A stretch of DNA of 64,000 nucleotides, taken from a bacterium (GTDB lineage: Bacteria; UBA8248). Below, piece after piece: positions 38,901-51,004 of the stretch. Numbering within the stretch: the first letter of the stretch is position 1; every line of letters begins with the position of its first letter. The DNA is taken from contig CBDBEV010000001.1 in the NCBI GenBank assembly GCA_965204535.1, positions 1,120,001 through 1,184,000 on the forward strand, written 5' to 3'. The translations under genes were made by a program, and so were the position numbers. Below the pieces are notes generated by a model. That model had not been told where the DNA came from. It did no database searches and was given only the letters and a program-made list of their open reading frames with translations.

Positions 38901-39708
38901 CGAGCGCATCATCGAGCGGTGCTCGCTCAGGGCCAAAGCGGTCATGGGCCTGTTCCCGGCGAATTCTGCCGGCGACGACGTGGAGATATATGCGGATTCG
39001 GAGAGAAGCGAGGTGATCGCCGTGGCCCGCTTCCTGCGCCAGCAGATGCGGAAATCATCGAGCGGCGCGAACATGTGCCTCGCGGATTTCGTGGCTCCAA
39101 AAGAAAGCGGGGTGGCGGATCACATCGGCGCCTTCGTCGTGACGGCGGGCTTAGGCGTGGATGAGGCGGCGGGCGCGTATGAGCGGGCGAACGACGATTA
39201 CGGCGCCATCATGATAAAGGCCCTCGCCGACAGGCTGGCCGAGGCGTTCGCCGAGCGCCTTCACGAGCGCGTGCGCAAAGAGTTCTGGGGATACGCCCGG
39301 GACGAGGAATTGAGCAACGAGGCGTTCATCAAGGAGAATTACCAGGGCATCCGACCGGCGCCGGGTTATCCGGCGTGTCCGGATCATACCGAAAAGCAGA
39401 CCCTCTTCGACCTCATCGACGCGCACGGGAATGCGGGCGTGAAACTCACGGAGAGCTTCGCCATGTGGCCCGCCGCCTCGGTGAGCGGGTGGTATTTCGC
39501 GCATCCCGAAGCGAGGTATTTCGGTGTGGGCAGGATCGGCCGGGATCAGGTGCGCGACTACGCCGGGCGAAAGGGGATGGAGCCCGCCTTCGTCGAGAGA
39601 TGGCTCGCATCTTCTTTGAACTACGAGGTCTCACGAGCGAAGCGCGATGCGGAGCCGGCTCCCGAAGGCGGAGCGACCATCGAGCGCCGCTCGCCCCTGA
39701 ATCCTTGA
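35935..39708 (+). CDS. metH: Cobalamin-dependent methionine synthase
   Basis: [38 protein letters not shown]. Confidence 0.98.
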   Translation: MDANTRDRRIDALHGLLASRIVIIDGAMGTMLQDENLDEAAYRGERFAEHPCDLKGNHDLLSITQPAVVRRIHDEFLAAGADIIETNSFNSTAISMADYQMEEVVYEMNETSARLAREAADAFERAHPGEYRFVAGVLGPTNRTASISPRVNEPGFRNISFEELVAAYTTSIRGLVTGGSDLLLVETVFDTLNCKAVMFAAEQYFEDEGVRVPVMISGTITDASGRTLSGQTTEAFWNSVAGYRPICVGLNCALGAEDLRPYIRELSRVADAPVSIYPNAGLPNEFGEYDDTPEDMAEVLAEFARSGFMNLVGGCCGTTPAHIRAIKEAVEGFAPRRVPEIPPRCRLSGLEPLNIGPETGFVNVGERTNVAGSARFAKLIREGDYEKALEVARQQVENGAQLIDVNMDEGMLDSEEAMTTFLRLIAAEPDISRVPVMIDSSKWEVIEAGLKCLQGKPIVNSISLKEGEEAFIEQARLVKRYGAAVLVMAFDETGQAESAERKFEICERAYNILTREVGFSPNDVIFDPNIFAVATGIEEHNEYAAAYFEAVERIKQELPGALVSGGVSNVSFSFRGNNGVREAMHSAFLYHAIRNGMDMGIVNAGQLAVYQEIPQDLLARIEDVLLNRREDATERLLEVAEGVKGRAKSRAENLAWRERPVNERLSHALVEGITQYIVEDTEEARLAASHPIEVIEGPLMDGMNVVGELFGSGKMFLPQVVKSARVMKTAVAHLVPFLEAEKVEGEATSNGRALLATVKGDVHDIGKNIVGVVLQCNNYEVIDLGVMTPCAKILQTAREEGVDVIGLSGLITPSLDEMVTVAGEMERLGFDIPLLIGGATTSKVHTAVKIAPDYGGPTVYVEDASRSVGVMGSLMSDSMREDFLAARREEYEGVRARHEARRAHAEFCVLEEARENRLRIDWAASAPPAPRVQGLEVFEDYPLADLRDRIDWTPFFRTWELSGSYPAILKDPVVGEAALGLYRDAQEMLERIIERCSLRAKAVMGLFPANSAGDDVEIYADSERSEVIAVARFLRQQMRKSSSGANMCLADFVAPKESGVADHIGAFVVTAGLGVDEAAGAYERANDDYGAIMIKALADRLAEAFAERLHERVRKEFWGYARDEELSNEAFIKENYQGIRPAPGYPACPDHTEKQTLFDLIDAHGNAGVKLTESFAMWPAASVSGWYFAHPEARYFGVGRIGRDQVRDYAGRKGMEPAFVERWLASSLNYEVSRAKRDAEPAPEGGATIERRSPLNP

Positions 39709-39884
39709 TTTCCTGTCCCCCCGCGAATCCCGCCCGGAAGGATGGCCGCGTTGTGGTTTCCCCGTTGACGGCCCGCCCCTGTGCGACTAGATTGAGGGAC
39801 GCGAAATCCCGGCCCGCGGGACTCATGAAGGGCGGTGGATTCGGATACGGATTTGAAGTATAAGCGCTTGTTCGCCAAGGGGCT

Positions 39885-39969
39885 GCGAGGGTGGCGGAAC
39901 TGGTAGACGCGCTGGATTTAGGATCCAGTGCCTTCGGGCGTGGGGGTTCGAGTCCCCCCCTTCGCACCA
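39885..39969 (+). tRNA. tRNA-Leu (UAG)
   Basis: GCGAGGG/CCTTCGC acceptor, CTGGA-TTTAGGA-TCCAG anticodon arm, long variable arm, GGTTCGAGTCC, CCA. Confidence 0.96.
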
Positions 39970-40020
39970 AGGATTTTCAGGTTTCTTATATTTTTTTGTT
40001 CTGATACCGGAGAGTGAGGC

Positions 40021-41397
40021 ATGACCGGCACAGTGAGCGACATCGACGCCTGCACGAAGCGCCTCGAAGTCGCCGTCCCGCGCGCGGAGGTCGCCGACGA
40101 GATAGAGCGCGCCTACAGGCGGCTCTCGGGGCGCGTGAAGATGAAGGGCTTCCGGAAGGGGAAAATCCCCCGCCGCGTGCTGGAGCGCTACTACGGCGAG
40201 GAGGTGCAGGCGGAAGTTCTGAACCACGTGATATCGACTTCCTACCGCAGCCTTCTGGAAGACAAGGGTATGCGCCCGGTGGGCGAGCCGAACGTGACCG
40301 ACATCAATATGGACGACGACGCGCCCGAGTTGACCTACAGGGCGACGGTGGAGGTCATCCCCCCCTTCGAACTCGGCGAGTACAAGGGTCTTCATGTCAA
40401 GGTGCGCCGCGGTACGGTGACGGACGAGATGGTCGATCAACAGATCGAGGCCCTCCGGCAGCGGGCCGCCACGTTCGAGGACGTGGACAGGGAGGCCCGT
40501 GCGGGGGATTACGTTCTCTTCGACATCGAGGGCTTCGAAGACGGCAACGCCGTGCCCGGCACCCGGGGGGAGAACCAGGCCCTCATGATCGGCGGCGATG
40601 AGGGCGAAACGGAGTTGAGCGATGCGCTCACCGGCATGAGGAGCGGCGAAGAGACGGACGTCGACATCGACGTTCCCGAGGGCGCCTCGCCCAACATCGC
40701 CGGCAAGAGCCTCCGGTTCCACCTTCATCTCAAGGAAGTGAAAGAAGCGCATCCGCCCGAACTGGACGAGGAATTCGTCAAGTCCCTGGGCCGCGGCTAT
40801 ACCAGCACGGAGGACTTGCGGGCCGATGTCGCCAAGGAAATGGAATCGATGGAGGATTCGAATGCGCGCGGCAACGGGATTTCCGAGTTGCTGAAGTCGC
40901 TGCTCGAAGCGCATCCTTTCGAGGTGCCCCCAACACTCGTGCGGGGGGAGGCGGATCAGCAGATTCGCGAATACGAGCGGCGTCTGCGCCAGGAGAACCC
41001 CGACGTTCAACTCTCGGAAGCCAAGATAGAAGAGTTGCGCGAGGAGGTAAGGCCTCAGGCCGAGGAGCAGGTTCGCCGGCTCATTATCGTGGAGCGCATC
41101 CGCGAGGCGGAAGAGATCGAGGCGAACGCCGAGGAGGTCGAGGCGCAAATCAACATCTCTGCCGCGCGCTACAGCATGACGCCCGAGAAACTTCGCGAGC
41201 GGATGATGACGACCGGGGCGATGGCCTCGCTCGTCTCGAACATCAACTACAACAAGACGGTGAGTTGGCTTTATGATCAGGCCGACGTGGAATTCGACGT
41301 TCACGATGCCGCCGAGCATGAGGCGCAATCCCGCGGCCCCGGGGAGGGGACGGGGGAGGAGCGCTCCCCGGACGGCGATTCGAAAGAGGATGGATAA
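40021..41397 (+). CDS. tig: Trigger factor
   Basis: GFRKGKIP signature; upstream of clpPX. Confidence 0.95.
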   Translation: MTGTVSDIDACTKRLEVAVPRAEVADEIERAYRRLSGRVKMKGFRKGKIPRRVLERYYGEEVQAEVLNHVISTSYRSLLEDKGMRPVGEPNVTDINMDDDAPELTYRATVEVIPPFELGEYKGLHVKVRRGTVTDEMVDQQIEALRQRAATFEDVDREARAGDYVLFDIEGFEDGNAVPGTRGENQALMIGGDEGETELSDALTGMRSGEETDVDIDVPEGASPNIAGKSLRFHLHLKEVKEAHPPELDEEFVKSLGRGYTSTEDLRADVAKEMESMEDSNARGNGISELLKSLLEAHPFEVPPTLVRGEADQQIREYERRLRQENPDVQLSEAKIEELREEVRPQAEEQVRRLIIVERIREAEEIEANAEEVEAQINISAARYSMTPEKLRERMMTTGAMASLVSNINYNKTVSWLYDQADVEFDVHDAAEHEAQSRGPGEGTGEERSPDGDSKEDG

Positions 41398-41400
41398 ACA

Positions 41401-42051
41401 GTGGCACTCGTACCCATGGTGGTGGAACAGACGAACAGAGGCGAGCGGGCGTATGACATCTACAGCCGCCTGCTCAAGGAGAGAATCATTTTTCTGGGCA
41501 CGGCGATAGACGACACCATCGCGAACCTGGTGACGGCCCAGCTGCTTTTCCTGGAGGCGGAGGAACCCGACCGCGACATCGCCATGTACGTGAACAGCCC
41601 GGGCGGGACCGTCACGGCGGGCCTCGCCATTTACGACACGATGCAGTACATCAAGCCCGACGTGTCGACCATCTGCATCGGCCAGGCGGCGAGCATGGGC
41701 GCGCTCCTGCTGACGGCGGGGGCGAAGGGCAAGCGCTACGCCCTGCCCAACTCGCGCATCCTGATCCACCAGCCCCTGGGCGGCGTGCAGGGACAGGCGA
41801 GCGACATCGACATCCAGGCGCGCGAGATTCTCCGCATGCGCGAGGAGCTCAACGAGATTCTCGCGAGACACACCGGCCAGCCGATCAAGCAGATTGAAAA
41901 AGACACCGATCGTGATAATTTTATGACGGCCGAGCAGGCGAAGGACTACGGCCTGCTCGACGACGTGATCATCGCGCGCTCGGACGCATCGGGCATCGTG
42001 CCCGACGTCGGCGGCGATGACGGCGCGAACGAGGAGAACAACGGCTCCTAG
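41401..42051 (+). CDS. clpP: ATP-dependent Clp protease proteolytic subunit
   Basis: [26 protein letters not shown]. Confidence 0.98.
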   Translation: MALVPMVVEQTNRGERAYDIYSRLLKERIIFLGTAIDDTIANLVTAQLLFLEAEEPDRDIAMYVNSPGGTVTAGLAIYDTMQYIKPDVSTICIGQAASMGALLLTAGAKGKRYALPNSRILIHQPLGGVQGQASDIDIQAREILRMREELNEILARHTGQPIKQIEKDTDRDNFMTAEQAKDYGLLDDVIIARSDASGIVPDVGGDDGANEENNGS

Positions 42052-42104
42052 ACGGAGGCCGGTTTTGTTTCGCGAAACGCTATTCTCCGAGGGGGAATGA
42101 TTCG

Positions 42105-43346
<1,242 letters not shown>

Positions 43347-43562
43347 GCCATCTTCCGCAACTTTTCTCCGACTTTTGAGCGTTTCGATAATCTCAGGCTG
43401 CGCAGTCCATCTTGCGCGGCTTCGGGGGGTGTCCGCGCACAGGCGAGGGCGGGTTGGTTTTTTTCATGAGGGGCGTTATTTTTCGTTGTTGTGGGGAAAG
43501 CGCGCGTTGACAATGCGCGGGCCGCTTTCCTATCATTTCGCTATACCGGATATGCCGGACGA

Positions 43563-43637
43563 AGGCGCGTAGCTCAGGGGGAGAGCGCTTGCTTGACACG
43601 CAAGAGGTCGGCGGTTCAAAACCGCCCGCGCCTACCA
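43563..43637 (+). tRNA. tRNA-Val (GAC)
   Basis: AGGCGCG/CGCGCCT acceptor, CTTGC-TTGACAC-GCAAG anticodon arm, GGTTCAAAACC, CCA. Confidence 0.96.
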
Positions 43638-43731
43638 TTATGGAATGGACGATGAGACGGGTCGCCGCCGCATCGTGGGGATAGTTCAAGGAACTTCAAG
43701 AGGAGCTTGCGGCGTCAGCCAACGCCCGTCT

Positions 43732-45609
43732 ATGTCACAGCAAACCAAGAGCAAAGATTTCCCCAAAGACGCTATCGCGCTGAAGATTGGCGGCGCACCC
43801 GTTGATTTGAATCGCGACCTTCCCGACGACGCCGAGCCGGAGTTCATCCTCCTCGATTCCGAGGAGGGGCTGGAGATTCTGCGCCACAGCACGGCGCACC
43901 TCATGGCCCAGGCCGTGCAGGAACTCTACCCGGGCGCGCAACTCACCATCGGCCCTCCGATCGAAAACGGGTTTTATTACGACATCGACGTCGACGTCAC
44001 GTTCACGCCCGAGGATTTGAAGAAGATCGAGGCGAGGATGAAAAAACTCGCCAAGAAGAAATACGCCATCGAGCGCGAGGACATTTCCCGCGCCTATGCG
44101 CTGGACCTGTTCGAGAAGCGGGGCGAGAGCTACAAGATAGAGATGATCCACGACCTGCCCGAGGACGAGGCGCTTTCGATCTACCGCCAGGGCGATTTCG
44201 TGGACCTGTGCCGGGGGCCGCACGTGCCCGGCACGGGCTGGCTGCGCAACTTCAAGCTCCTGAGCGTGGCGGGCGCCTACTGGCGAGGCGATGAGAAGAA
44301 CAAGATGCTCCAGCGCATCTACGGCACCGCCTTCGCGACGAAAGAAGGGCTGTCCGATCATCTGCAAATGCTCGAGGACGCGAAGAGGAGAGACCACCGC
44401 GTCATCGGCAAGCAACTCGGCATCTTCCTGGTCGATGAGGACGCCGGCGGCGGCCTGATCTATTGGCAGCCCCGCGGCACGACGGTCAAAAAGGTGATCG
44501 AGCGCTTCTGGGAGGATGAACACGTAAAACGCGGCTACCAGCTCGTCTCCATCCCCCACATCACGCGCGACGTGCTCTTCAAGACTTCGGGCCATTATGA
44601 TTTCTACCGGGAAAACATGTACGTCCTGAACATCGACGAGGATGAATACGTCCTGAAACCGATGAACTGCCCGGGCCACATCCTGATTTATCAGCAGAAG
44701 ATTCACAGCTACCGCGACCTGCCCTACCGGCTGGCGGAACTGGGCACGGTCTATCGCTACGAGCGAAGCGGCGCGCTGCACGGCATGCTCCGGGTGCGGG
44801 GCTTCACCCAGGACGACGCCCACATCTTCTGCACGCCCGAGCAGGCCGAAGACGAGGTGCTGGGCGTCATCGACCTGGCGCACTTCATGCTGAAGACATT
44901 CGGGTATGAGGATTTCGAGACCGAACTCTCGGTGCATGATAGCTCTGATTTCAGCAAGTACGCCGGCGTGATCGAGGATTGGGAGGCGGCGGAGGCCGCG
45001 CTTACCCGCGCGCTCGAGAAGCGGAGCATCCCCTACAAGCGCATCGAGGGCGAGGCGGCGTTCTACGGGCCGAAAATCGACATCAAGATGCGCGACGCCC
45101 TGGGCCGCGGCTGGCAGGGACCGACCATCCAGTTCGACTTCAACCTGCCCAAGCGCTTCGATCTCAACTACGTCGGCGCGGACGGCGCGCGCCACAAGGT
45201 CGTCATGATCCACAGAACCGTCATGGGTTCGATGGAGCGTTTCGTGGGCGGTCTGATCGAACACTACGCGGGCGCGTTTCCCTCTTGGCTCGCGCCCGAG
45301 CAGGCGCGCATCATGACGATCACCGACGATCACATCCCCTACGGCCGCGAGGTGGAGAGCAAGCTTCTCGCCGCGGGGTTCCGGGCGGAGGGGGATTTCC
45401 GAAACGAGAAGATTGGGTATAAAATAAGGGAAGCCCAGAGAGACAAGATACCGTACATGCTCATCCTCGGCGCGCGCGAGGCGGAAACGGGAGAAGTATC
45501 TCTCAGGCTTCGCGAACAAGGCGACGTGGGGTCCATCTCATTGGAGGAACTTATGCAGAGAATGCGAAGCGACATCGAGAACAAATCACTCACCGCGGGA
45601 GCGGTCTGA
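43732..45609 (+). CDS. thrS: Threonine--tRNA ligase
   Basis: RHSTAH, DLCRGPH, RDHR, KPMNCPGH, RVRGFTQDDAH, IHR; start uncertain. Confidence 0.97.
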   Translation: MSQQTKSKDFPKDAIALKIGGAPVDLNRDLPDDAEPEFILLDSEEGLEILRHSTAHLMAQAVQELYPGAQLTIGPPIENGFYYDIDVDVTFTPEDLKKIEARMKKLAKKKYAIEREDISRAYALDLFEKRGESYKIEMIHDLPEDEALSIYRQGDFVDLCRGPHVPGTGWLRNFKLLSVAGAYWRGDEKNKMLQRIYGTAFATKEGLSDHLQMLEDAKRRDHRVIGKQLGIFLVDEDAGGGLIYWQPRGTTVKKVIERFWEDEHVKRGYQLVSIPHITRDVLFKTSGHYDFYRENMYVLNIDEDEYVLKPMNCPGHILIYQQKIHSYRDLPYRLAELGTVYRYERSGALHGMLRVRGFTQDDAHIFCTPEQAEDEVLGVIDLAHFMLKTFGYEDFETELSVHDSSDFSKYAGVIEDWEAAEAALTRALEKRSIPYKRIEGEAAFYGPKIDIKMRDALGRGWQGPTIQFDFNLPKRFDLNYVGADGARHKVVMIHRTVMGSMERFVGGLIEHYAGAFPSWLAPEQARIMTITDDHIPYGREVESKLLAAGFRAEGDFRNEKIGYKIREAQRDKIPYMLILGAREAETGEVSLRLREQGDVGSISLEELMQRMRSDIENKSLTAGAV

Positions 45610-45610
45610 T

Positions 45611-46342
45611 ATGGCGTCGCGCTTTAGAGGACGGGATATTCACCCGACGGCCACAGGCCCCAGAGCCAACCGGAACATCCGCGTTCCGATGGTGCGGGTC
45701 ATCGACGAGGACGGTCAGCAGCTCGGCGTACTCCCCGTGGAAGAAGCGGTGGAGGTCGCAGAGGACAGGGATCTGGATCTCGTCGAGGTATCTCCCAACG
45801 CGGACCCGCCCGTTTGCAAGATCATGGACCTGGGCCGCTACAAGTACACGCAGCAGAAAAAGGCGCAGGAAGCCAAGAAGAAACAGCGTGTGGTGGAGGT
45901 GAAAGAGGTCAAGCTTCGCATCAAGATTGAAGAGCATGACTACGCGATCAAGAGAAGACACGCGGAGCGGTTTTTGAACGACGGCAACAAGGCGAAGGTC
46001 ACCATCATGTTTCGCGGTCGCGAGGTGACGCACCCCGACCTGGGAAGGAAACTGCTGGAAAGAATGGCGAACGAACTCATCGAAATCGGCACGGTGGAGC
46101 AGTTCCCCAATCTCGAGGGCCGCAACATGACGATGGTTATCGCGCCGAAATCGACAAAACCGCCCAAAAAGGATACAACGCCCCGGAAGAAATCGGGCAG
46201 AAAAGCGGATGACGTCTCCACGGACGACGGGAAATTGACGGCTCCCCTGGCGGAGGCGCTCAAGGAGGCGGACATTCAAATCAGCCCGGCTGAAGGGGCG
46301 GATGAGAGGAAACCCGAAGGAGAAATGAAAGAAGATGCCTAA
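45611..46342 (+). CDS. infC: Translation initiation factor IF-3 (C-terminal extension; possible ATT start at 45638)
   Basis: [38 protein letters not shown]. Confidence 0.95.
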   Translation: MASRFRGRDIHPTATGPRANRNIRVPMVRVIDEDGQQLGVLPVEEAVEVAEDRDLDLVEVSPNADPPVCKIMDLGRYKYTQQKKAQEAKKKQRVVEVKEVKLRIKIEEHDYAIKRRHAERFLNDGNKAKVTIMFRGREVTHPDLGRKLLERMANELIEIGTVEQFPNLEGRNMTMVIAPKSTKPPKKDTTPRKKSGRKADDVSTDDGKLTAPLAEALKEADIQISPAEGADERKPEGEMKEDA

Positions 46343-46532
46343 GATGAAGACGAACCGAGGAGCGGCCAAGCGTTTTAAGGTAACGGCCACGGGCAAGGTG
46401 AAGCGGAACCGCTCCCATCACCGTCATATCCTGACGAAGAAGACGACGAAAAGAAAAAGAGAACTCCGCCACAGCGTCATCGCGAATCCCACGGACGCGA
46501 AGATGATCAAGCGACTGATACCTTATATGTAG
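46335..46532 (+). CDS. rpmI: 50S ribosomal protein L35
   Basis: [19 protein letters not shown]. Confidence 0.97.
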   Translation: MPKMKTNRGAAKRFKVTATGKVKRNRSHHRHILTKKTTKRKRELRHSVIANPTDAKMIKRLIPYM

Positions 46533-46608
46533 CCTTTCGCGGAAATGGTGATGGTTTCGCCCCGGGCGTGCGGACGAGCCCGCGACGTCATTTTGCCGGA
46601 GCAAAAAG

Positions 46609-46758
46609 ATGAGCAATCCGGTGGGCCAGTTGAATGACTTCATCAAGTCGATCTTGGGCGGGGTCGGGTCATTCGTAGGTGAATATCCATACGCTGCAGG
46701 GGCAGTCCTTTTCCTGGCCATAATACTGAGACGCACCATCAAGCGCGCCCGAAGGTAG
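46609..46758 (+). CDS. Small (49 aa) putative membrane protein
   Basis: GGAG SD; MSNPVGQLNDFIKSILGGVGSFVGEYPYAAGAVLFLAIILRRTIKRARR: amphipathic helix, TM, basic tail. Confidence 0.5.
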   Translation: MSNPVGQLNDFIKSILGGVGSFVGEYPYAAGAVLFLAIILRRTIKRARR

Positions 46759-46901
46759 AGCGCCCTTTTTCTGGCGCCTCGGGCTTGCGGTCATCCGGCT
46801 GGGCGGGTATATTCCCCCGGTCGGTGGCGCGAGTTCGAGGTAATTCGAGGCGGCCTCCGAGGGAATGGAATAAAATCATCGATTGAGGGAGTATCCGAGT
46901 C

Positions 46902-47258
46902 ATGCCGCGTTCGAGAGGAAATCCGGCTGCCAGGGAACGGCATCGCAGGCTTCTAAAGGAAGCGAAGGGCTATCGCGGTGCGCGCTCGAAGAGGTTCCGC
47001 TCCGCGCGGGAGACCGTGCATCGCGCGCGCGCCTATGCCTATCGTGACCGCCGGGTGCGCAAGCGCGAGTTCAGGCGTCTTTGGAATGTTCGCATCAATG
47101 CGGCGGCCCGGCTGCACGGCCTCAATTACAGCCGTTTCATCTGGGGGCTGGGTCAGGCGGGTGTGGAGGTGAACCGCAAGATTCTGGCCGAATTGGCGAT
47201 AGAGGACCCCCAGGCATTCGGCAAACTCGTGGAAATCGCCAAGGCGCAGGCTGCCTAG
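46902..47258 (+). CDS. rplT: 50S ribosomal protein L20
   Basis: [34 protein letters not shown]. Confidence 0.97.
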   Translation: MPRSRGNPAARERHRRLLKEAKGYRGARSKRFRSARETVHRARAYAYRDRRVRKREFRRLWNVRINAAARLHGLNYSRFIWGLGQAGVEVNRKILAELAIEDPQAFGKLVEIAKAQAA

Positions 47259-47281
47259 AGCCGGGCGAGAAAAGGTGCTTC

Positions 47282-47312
47282 AGGCTCCACCCTGCCGGGT
47301 GGAGCCTTTTTT
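47282..47312 (+). terminator. Intrinsic terminator after rplT
   Basis: AGGCTCCACCC TGCC GGGTGGAGCCT TTTTT. Confidence 0.8.
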
Positions 47313-47350
47313 ATGCGGCCCCCCGAATGAGTGGGGATGAAGGAACGAGC

Positions 47351-48463
47351 ATGAGCGAAGATTTGCTTGTCGCCATTATCCGTGAATCCTCCAGCGCGTT
47401 GTCGGACGCCTGGGTAGCGCGCGACGCCGGGGCGGCCGAGGGAGTGCGCATTCGCTACCTGGGCCGCAAGGGTGGTGAACTCAACGAGGTGATGCGGGGA
47501 CTCAAGGATTTGTCCGCCGATGAGAAGCGCATCGTCGGCCCGCTGGCCAACTCGGTTCGCACCTACATCGAGGCGAGCGTTTCGGCCATCAAGGAAGATG
47601 ACAGGGATAAGATAATCGAAGCGCATCGCGCCCTCGGCGCGCGCCTGAGAAGCAGGGAAGAAGGCGGCGCGTTGGGCGAGATGATCGAGCAAAGGGGGAG
47701 CGAGATTCTCGCCGCCGGGGATGCCGCCGACACATCGCGCTCGCGGCTTGATCTCACGATTCCCGGCCGCGCGCCGCTCATCGGCCACGAGCACCCGCTC
47801 GTGCAGACGATGGAGGATTTGATCGAGGTGCTCACGCGCCTGGGCTATTCCGTGGCCGAAGGCCCCGAAGCGGAACTCGATTACTACAACTTCGAGGCCC
47901 TGAACATCCCCAAGGACCATCCCGCGCGCGACATGCAGGATACGTTTTATCTCGCTGGCGACGCTCTTTTGCGCACGCACACCTCGCCCGTCCAGATTCG
48001 GGTGATGGAGAGCCAGCCGCCCCCCGTCAAGGTCATCGCGCCCGGCAAGGTGTTCCGCTGCGATGCGGACGTAACCCATTCGCCCATGTTCCACCAGATC
48101 GAGGGCCTCTATGTGGATGAGGGCGTGACGTTCGCCGATCTGAAAGGAACCCTGGAAGCCTTCGTGCGCGAAATCTTCGGACCCGAGTACCGCGTGCGGC
48201 TGAGACCCAGCTTCTTCCCGTTCACCGAGCCGAGCGTCGAGGTGGACATCGCCAGCGATTATGTGGCCGGTGGGGAGTGGATGGAGGTTTTGGGCGCAGG
48301 CATGGTGGACCCGGCGGTCTTCGAGGCGGTGGGATACGACCCCGAGCGATGGACCGGGTTCGCCTGGGGCCTGGGCGTGGAGCGCATCACCATGCTGCGT
48401 TACGGCATCAGCGATATTCGTCTTTTCTTTGAAAACGACTTGAGAATGCTGCGGCAATTTTGA
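47351..48463 (+). CDS. pheS: Phenylalanine--tRNA ligase alpha subunit
   Basis: HPARDMQDTF, LRTHTSPVQ, HSPMFHQIEG, FPFTEPS, G.GVER. Confidence 0.97.
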   Translation: MSEDLLVAIIRESSSALSDAWVARDAGAAEGVRIRYLGRKGGELNEVMRGLKDLSADEKRIVGPLANSVRTYIEASVSAIKEDDRDKIIEAHRALGARLRSREEGGALGEMIEQRGSEILAAGDAADTSRSRLDLTIPGRAPLIGHEHPLVQTMEDLIEVLTRLGYSVAEGPEAELDYYNFEALNIPKDHPARDMQDTFYLAGDALLRTHTSPVQIRVMESQPPPVKVIAPGKVFRCDADVTHSPMFHQIEGLYVDEGVTFADLKGTLEAFVREIFGPEYRVRLRPSFFPFTEPSVEVDIASDYVAGGEWMEVLGAGMVDPAVFEAVGYDPERWTGFAWGLGVERITMLRYGISDIRLFFENDLRMLRQF

Positions 48464-48496
48464 GTGGAAGCATTAGAAGCGCGATGAGGAACCCCG

Positions 48497-50908
48497 ATGC
48501 GGATTAGCCTGGAGTGGCTCGCCGATTTTATTGATTTGGACTTAGAAGACCCCGAACTGCCCGAACGCTTGGCGAACGGGCTTTTGCTCGCGGGTCTGGA
48601 GGTCGAGGCGCTCAAGCGGCCCGAGGGGTCATTCGACGGGTTGGTGGTGGCCGAGGTCTTGTCCGTGGAGCCTCATCCCAACGCGGACAGGCTCAAACTC
48701 TGCCGTGTCGCCGATGGAGCGGGGGAGCGCTCCGTGGTGTGCGGTGCGCCCAACGTCGAAACCGGGCGGCGCGTCGTCCTGGCAAAGCCCGGGGTGCGGA
48801 TGCCGGGGGGGATGAAGGTCGAAGTCGCGCGGATCCGCGGGGAACAGAGTGAGGGGATGATCTGCTCGGAGCGCGAACTCGGCTTGGGCACGGATCACAG
48901 CGGCATCATGGTGCTCTCGGGCGCGCCCGCAGTCGGCAGCGACGTTGCGGAGCTTTTGGGCCTTAACGATGTGATTTTCGACATTTCGATTACGCCGAAC
49001 CGCGCGGATTGCCTCTCCGTTCTGGGCGTGGCGCGCGAGGCGGCGGCCCTTCTGGGAACCTCGCTCAGAGCGCCCGGGATCTCCGTCAAAGAGGATGAGA
49101 ATACATCCGCCGCTTCGGTCTGCGGGGTGGAGATATGGGATCCGGATAAATGTCCGCGCTATGCCGCACGCATCATCCAGGGGGCCGAGACCGGCCCCTC
49201 GCCCGGTTGGATGGCGCGGCGCTTGAGAGCGGCAGGGATGCGGCCGATCAACAATGTGGTCGACGTGACGAACTATGTGATGCTCTCGCTCGGCCAGCCG
49301 CTCCACGCGTTCGACTTACACCGCCTCGCCGAGCACAAAATCATCGTGAGAAGGTGGGCCGAGAGCGACGGCCCCTTCACTACGCTCGACGGACAGCAGC
49401 GCGCGATGGACGATGAGGACCTCATGATTTGCGACGGTGAAAAACCCGTCGCCATCGGCGGCGTGATGGGGGGTCTCTTCTCCGAGGTGAGCGACGACAC
49501 CCGTGACATTCTTTTGGAGAGCGCTTATTTCACGCCCCAGACCATCCGGCGCACCCGCAGGCGTCTGGGGATGTCGACGGAGGCGTCGTATCGCTTCGAA
49601 CGGGGAGTGGACCCCTCGGGCACCGTTCGCGCGGCGGATTTGGCCGCCGAACTTATCCGCCAGACGGCGGGCGGCGCCGTCGCCCAGGGGGTCGTGGATG
49701 CGCATCCCGCGCCCATCGCGCCGAAACAGGTGCCGATTCGGGTGGCGCGCGCATCGAGTCTGCTCGGCGTATTCCTGGACGCCCCCCGGGTGAGGGAGAG
49801 CCTCGAATCCCTGGGGTTGCTCGTGAGCGATGAGGAAGACGGCGTTTTCAGCGTCGAGGTTCCGACTTTCAGGCCCGACATCGAACGCGAGATCGACCTC
49901 ATCGAAGAGGTGGGCAGAAGAGTGGGCTACGAGAACATTCCCGCCACCCTTCCTGCTTCGGGAAACCCCGCAGCGAGGCCGACGCGCGCCCGATCCCTGG
50001 AGCTTCAGGCGCGCCGGATCATGGTGGCCGGCGGGTTCAGCGAGGCGCTCAACTACAGTTTCGTGAGTAGAGAGGCTCTTAAGAGCATGGGGTGGCTGGA
50101 CGAGCAGATGGTGGCGCTGCGCAATCCCCTGAGCGGTGAGATGGACGTGCTCAGAACCACTCTGCTTGCCGGTTTGCTGGCGAACGTGGCGCACAACCTG
50201 AGCCGGGGAGTGAGCGAGATTCGCCTGTTCGAGTTGGGACGCTCGTTTCATCCCGTGGATGGAGAAGCCTTGCCGGAGCAGGTGCAGCGCGCGGCCGGCG
50301 TCGTCGTCGGGAGCGCGGCGTCTCAAGACGGCGTCTCGCTCCCTGGAGCTTTGTCGGAACTCAAAGGGGTGCTCGAGCGCTTCCTGGAATCATTGGGGCT
50401 GGAGAACCTCCTGTTCGAGCCGGTGGACGCCGCTCTGGGTTGGGAGCCGTCGGCGGCCTCCCGGGTTCTCGTCGGCGAGGCGGCGCTCGGCCACGTCGGT
50501 TTGGCGGCGCCCGAGGTGTTGGGTGTCTGGGATATCGAGATGGGCGTGGCCGCTTTCGAAATAAACCTCGCTGCTTTGGCCGGGATGGAACCTGCTCCTC
50601 GCCGCCTGACGCCCCTGCCGAGGTACCCGGCCTCGCTGCGCGATCTGGCGGTGGTGGTGGATGCCGCGCGGACCAATCGGGAGATCGAGGAGAGCATCCG
50701 TCAGTCGGGTGGAGACTGGCTGGAGTCGGTGGATTTGTTCGACGTCTATCAGGATGCCGCACTCGAGACCTCAGGGGAGAAGAGCCTGGCGTATTCGCTG
50801 GTGTTCCGACATCCCGAGGCCACCCTCACCGATGAGCAGGTCAACGAGGCGTTCGATGGAATCGTCGGGGCGTTGGGCGCGCGTCTGGGCGCGCGGCTTC
50901 GCTCGTGA
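48497..50908 (+). CDS. pheT: Phenylalanine--tRNA ligase beta subunit
   Basis: HPNADRL, VCGAPN, TPNRADCLS..GVARE, RFERGVD, DLIEEV. Confidence 0.97.
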   Translation: MRISLEWLADFIDLDLEDPELPERLANGLLLAGLEVEALKRPEGSFDGLVVAEVLSVEPHPNADRLKLCRVADGAGERSVVCGAPNVETGRRVVLAKPGVRMPGGMKVEVARIRGEQSEGMICSERELGLGTDHSGIMVLSGAPAVGSDVAELLGLNDVIFDISITPNRADCLSVLGVAREAAALLGTSLRAPGISVKEDENTSAASVCGVEIWDPDKCPRYAARIIQGAETGPSPGWMARRLRAAGMRPINNVVDVTNYVMLSLGQPLHAFDLHRLAEHKIIVRRWAESDGPFTTLDGQQRAMDDEDLMICDGEKPVAIGGVMGGLFSEVSDDTRDILLESAYFTPQTIRRTRRRLGMSTEASYRFERGVDPSGTVRAADLAAELIRQTAGGAVAQGVVDAHPAPIAPKQVPIRVARASSLLGVFLDAPRVRESLESLGLLVSDEEDGVFSVEVPTFRPDIEREIDLIEEVGRRVGYENIPATLPASGNPAARPTRARSLELQARRIMVAGGFSEALNYSFVSREALKSMGWLDEQMVALRNPLSGEMDVLRTTLLAGLLANVAHNLSRGVSEIRLFELGRSFHPVDGEALPEQVQRAAGVVVGSAASQDGVSLPGALSELKGVLERFLESLGLENLLFEPVDAALGWEPSAASRVLVGEAALGHVGLAAPEVLGVWDIEMGVAAFEINLAALAGMEPAPRRLTPLPRYPASLRDLAVVVDAARTNREIEESIRQSGGDWLESVDLFDVYQDAALETSGEKSLAYSLVFRHPEATLTDEQVNEAFDGIVGALGARLGARLRS

Positions 50909-51004
50909 TGGTTTCCTTGACACCGCATTCCCCCGAACCTAGAATTATCCCCAAGCATTGCGGAACTCATTTTCGTGTCTTGCGCCCGTGGAAAGATTGT
51001 CCGA

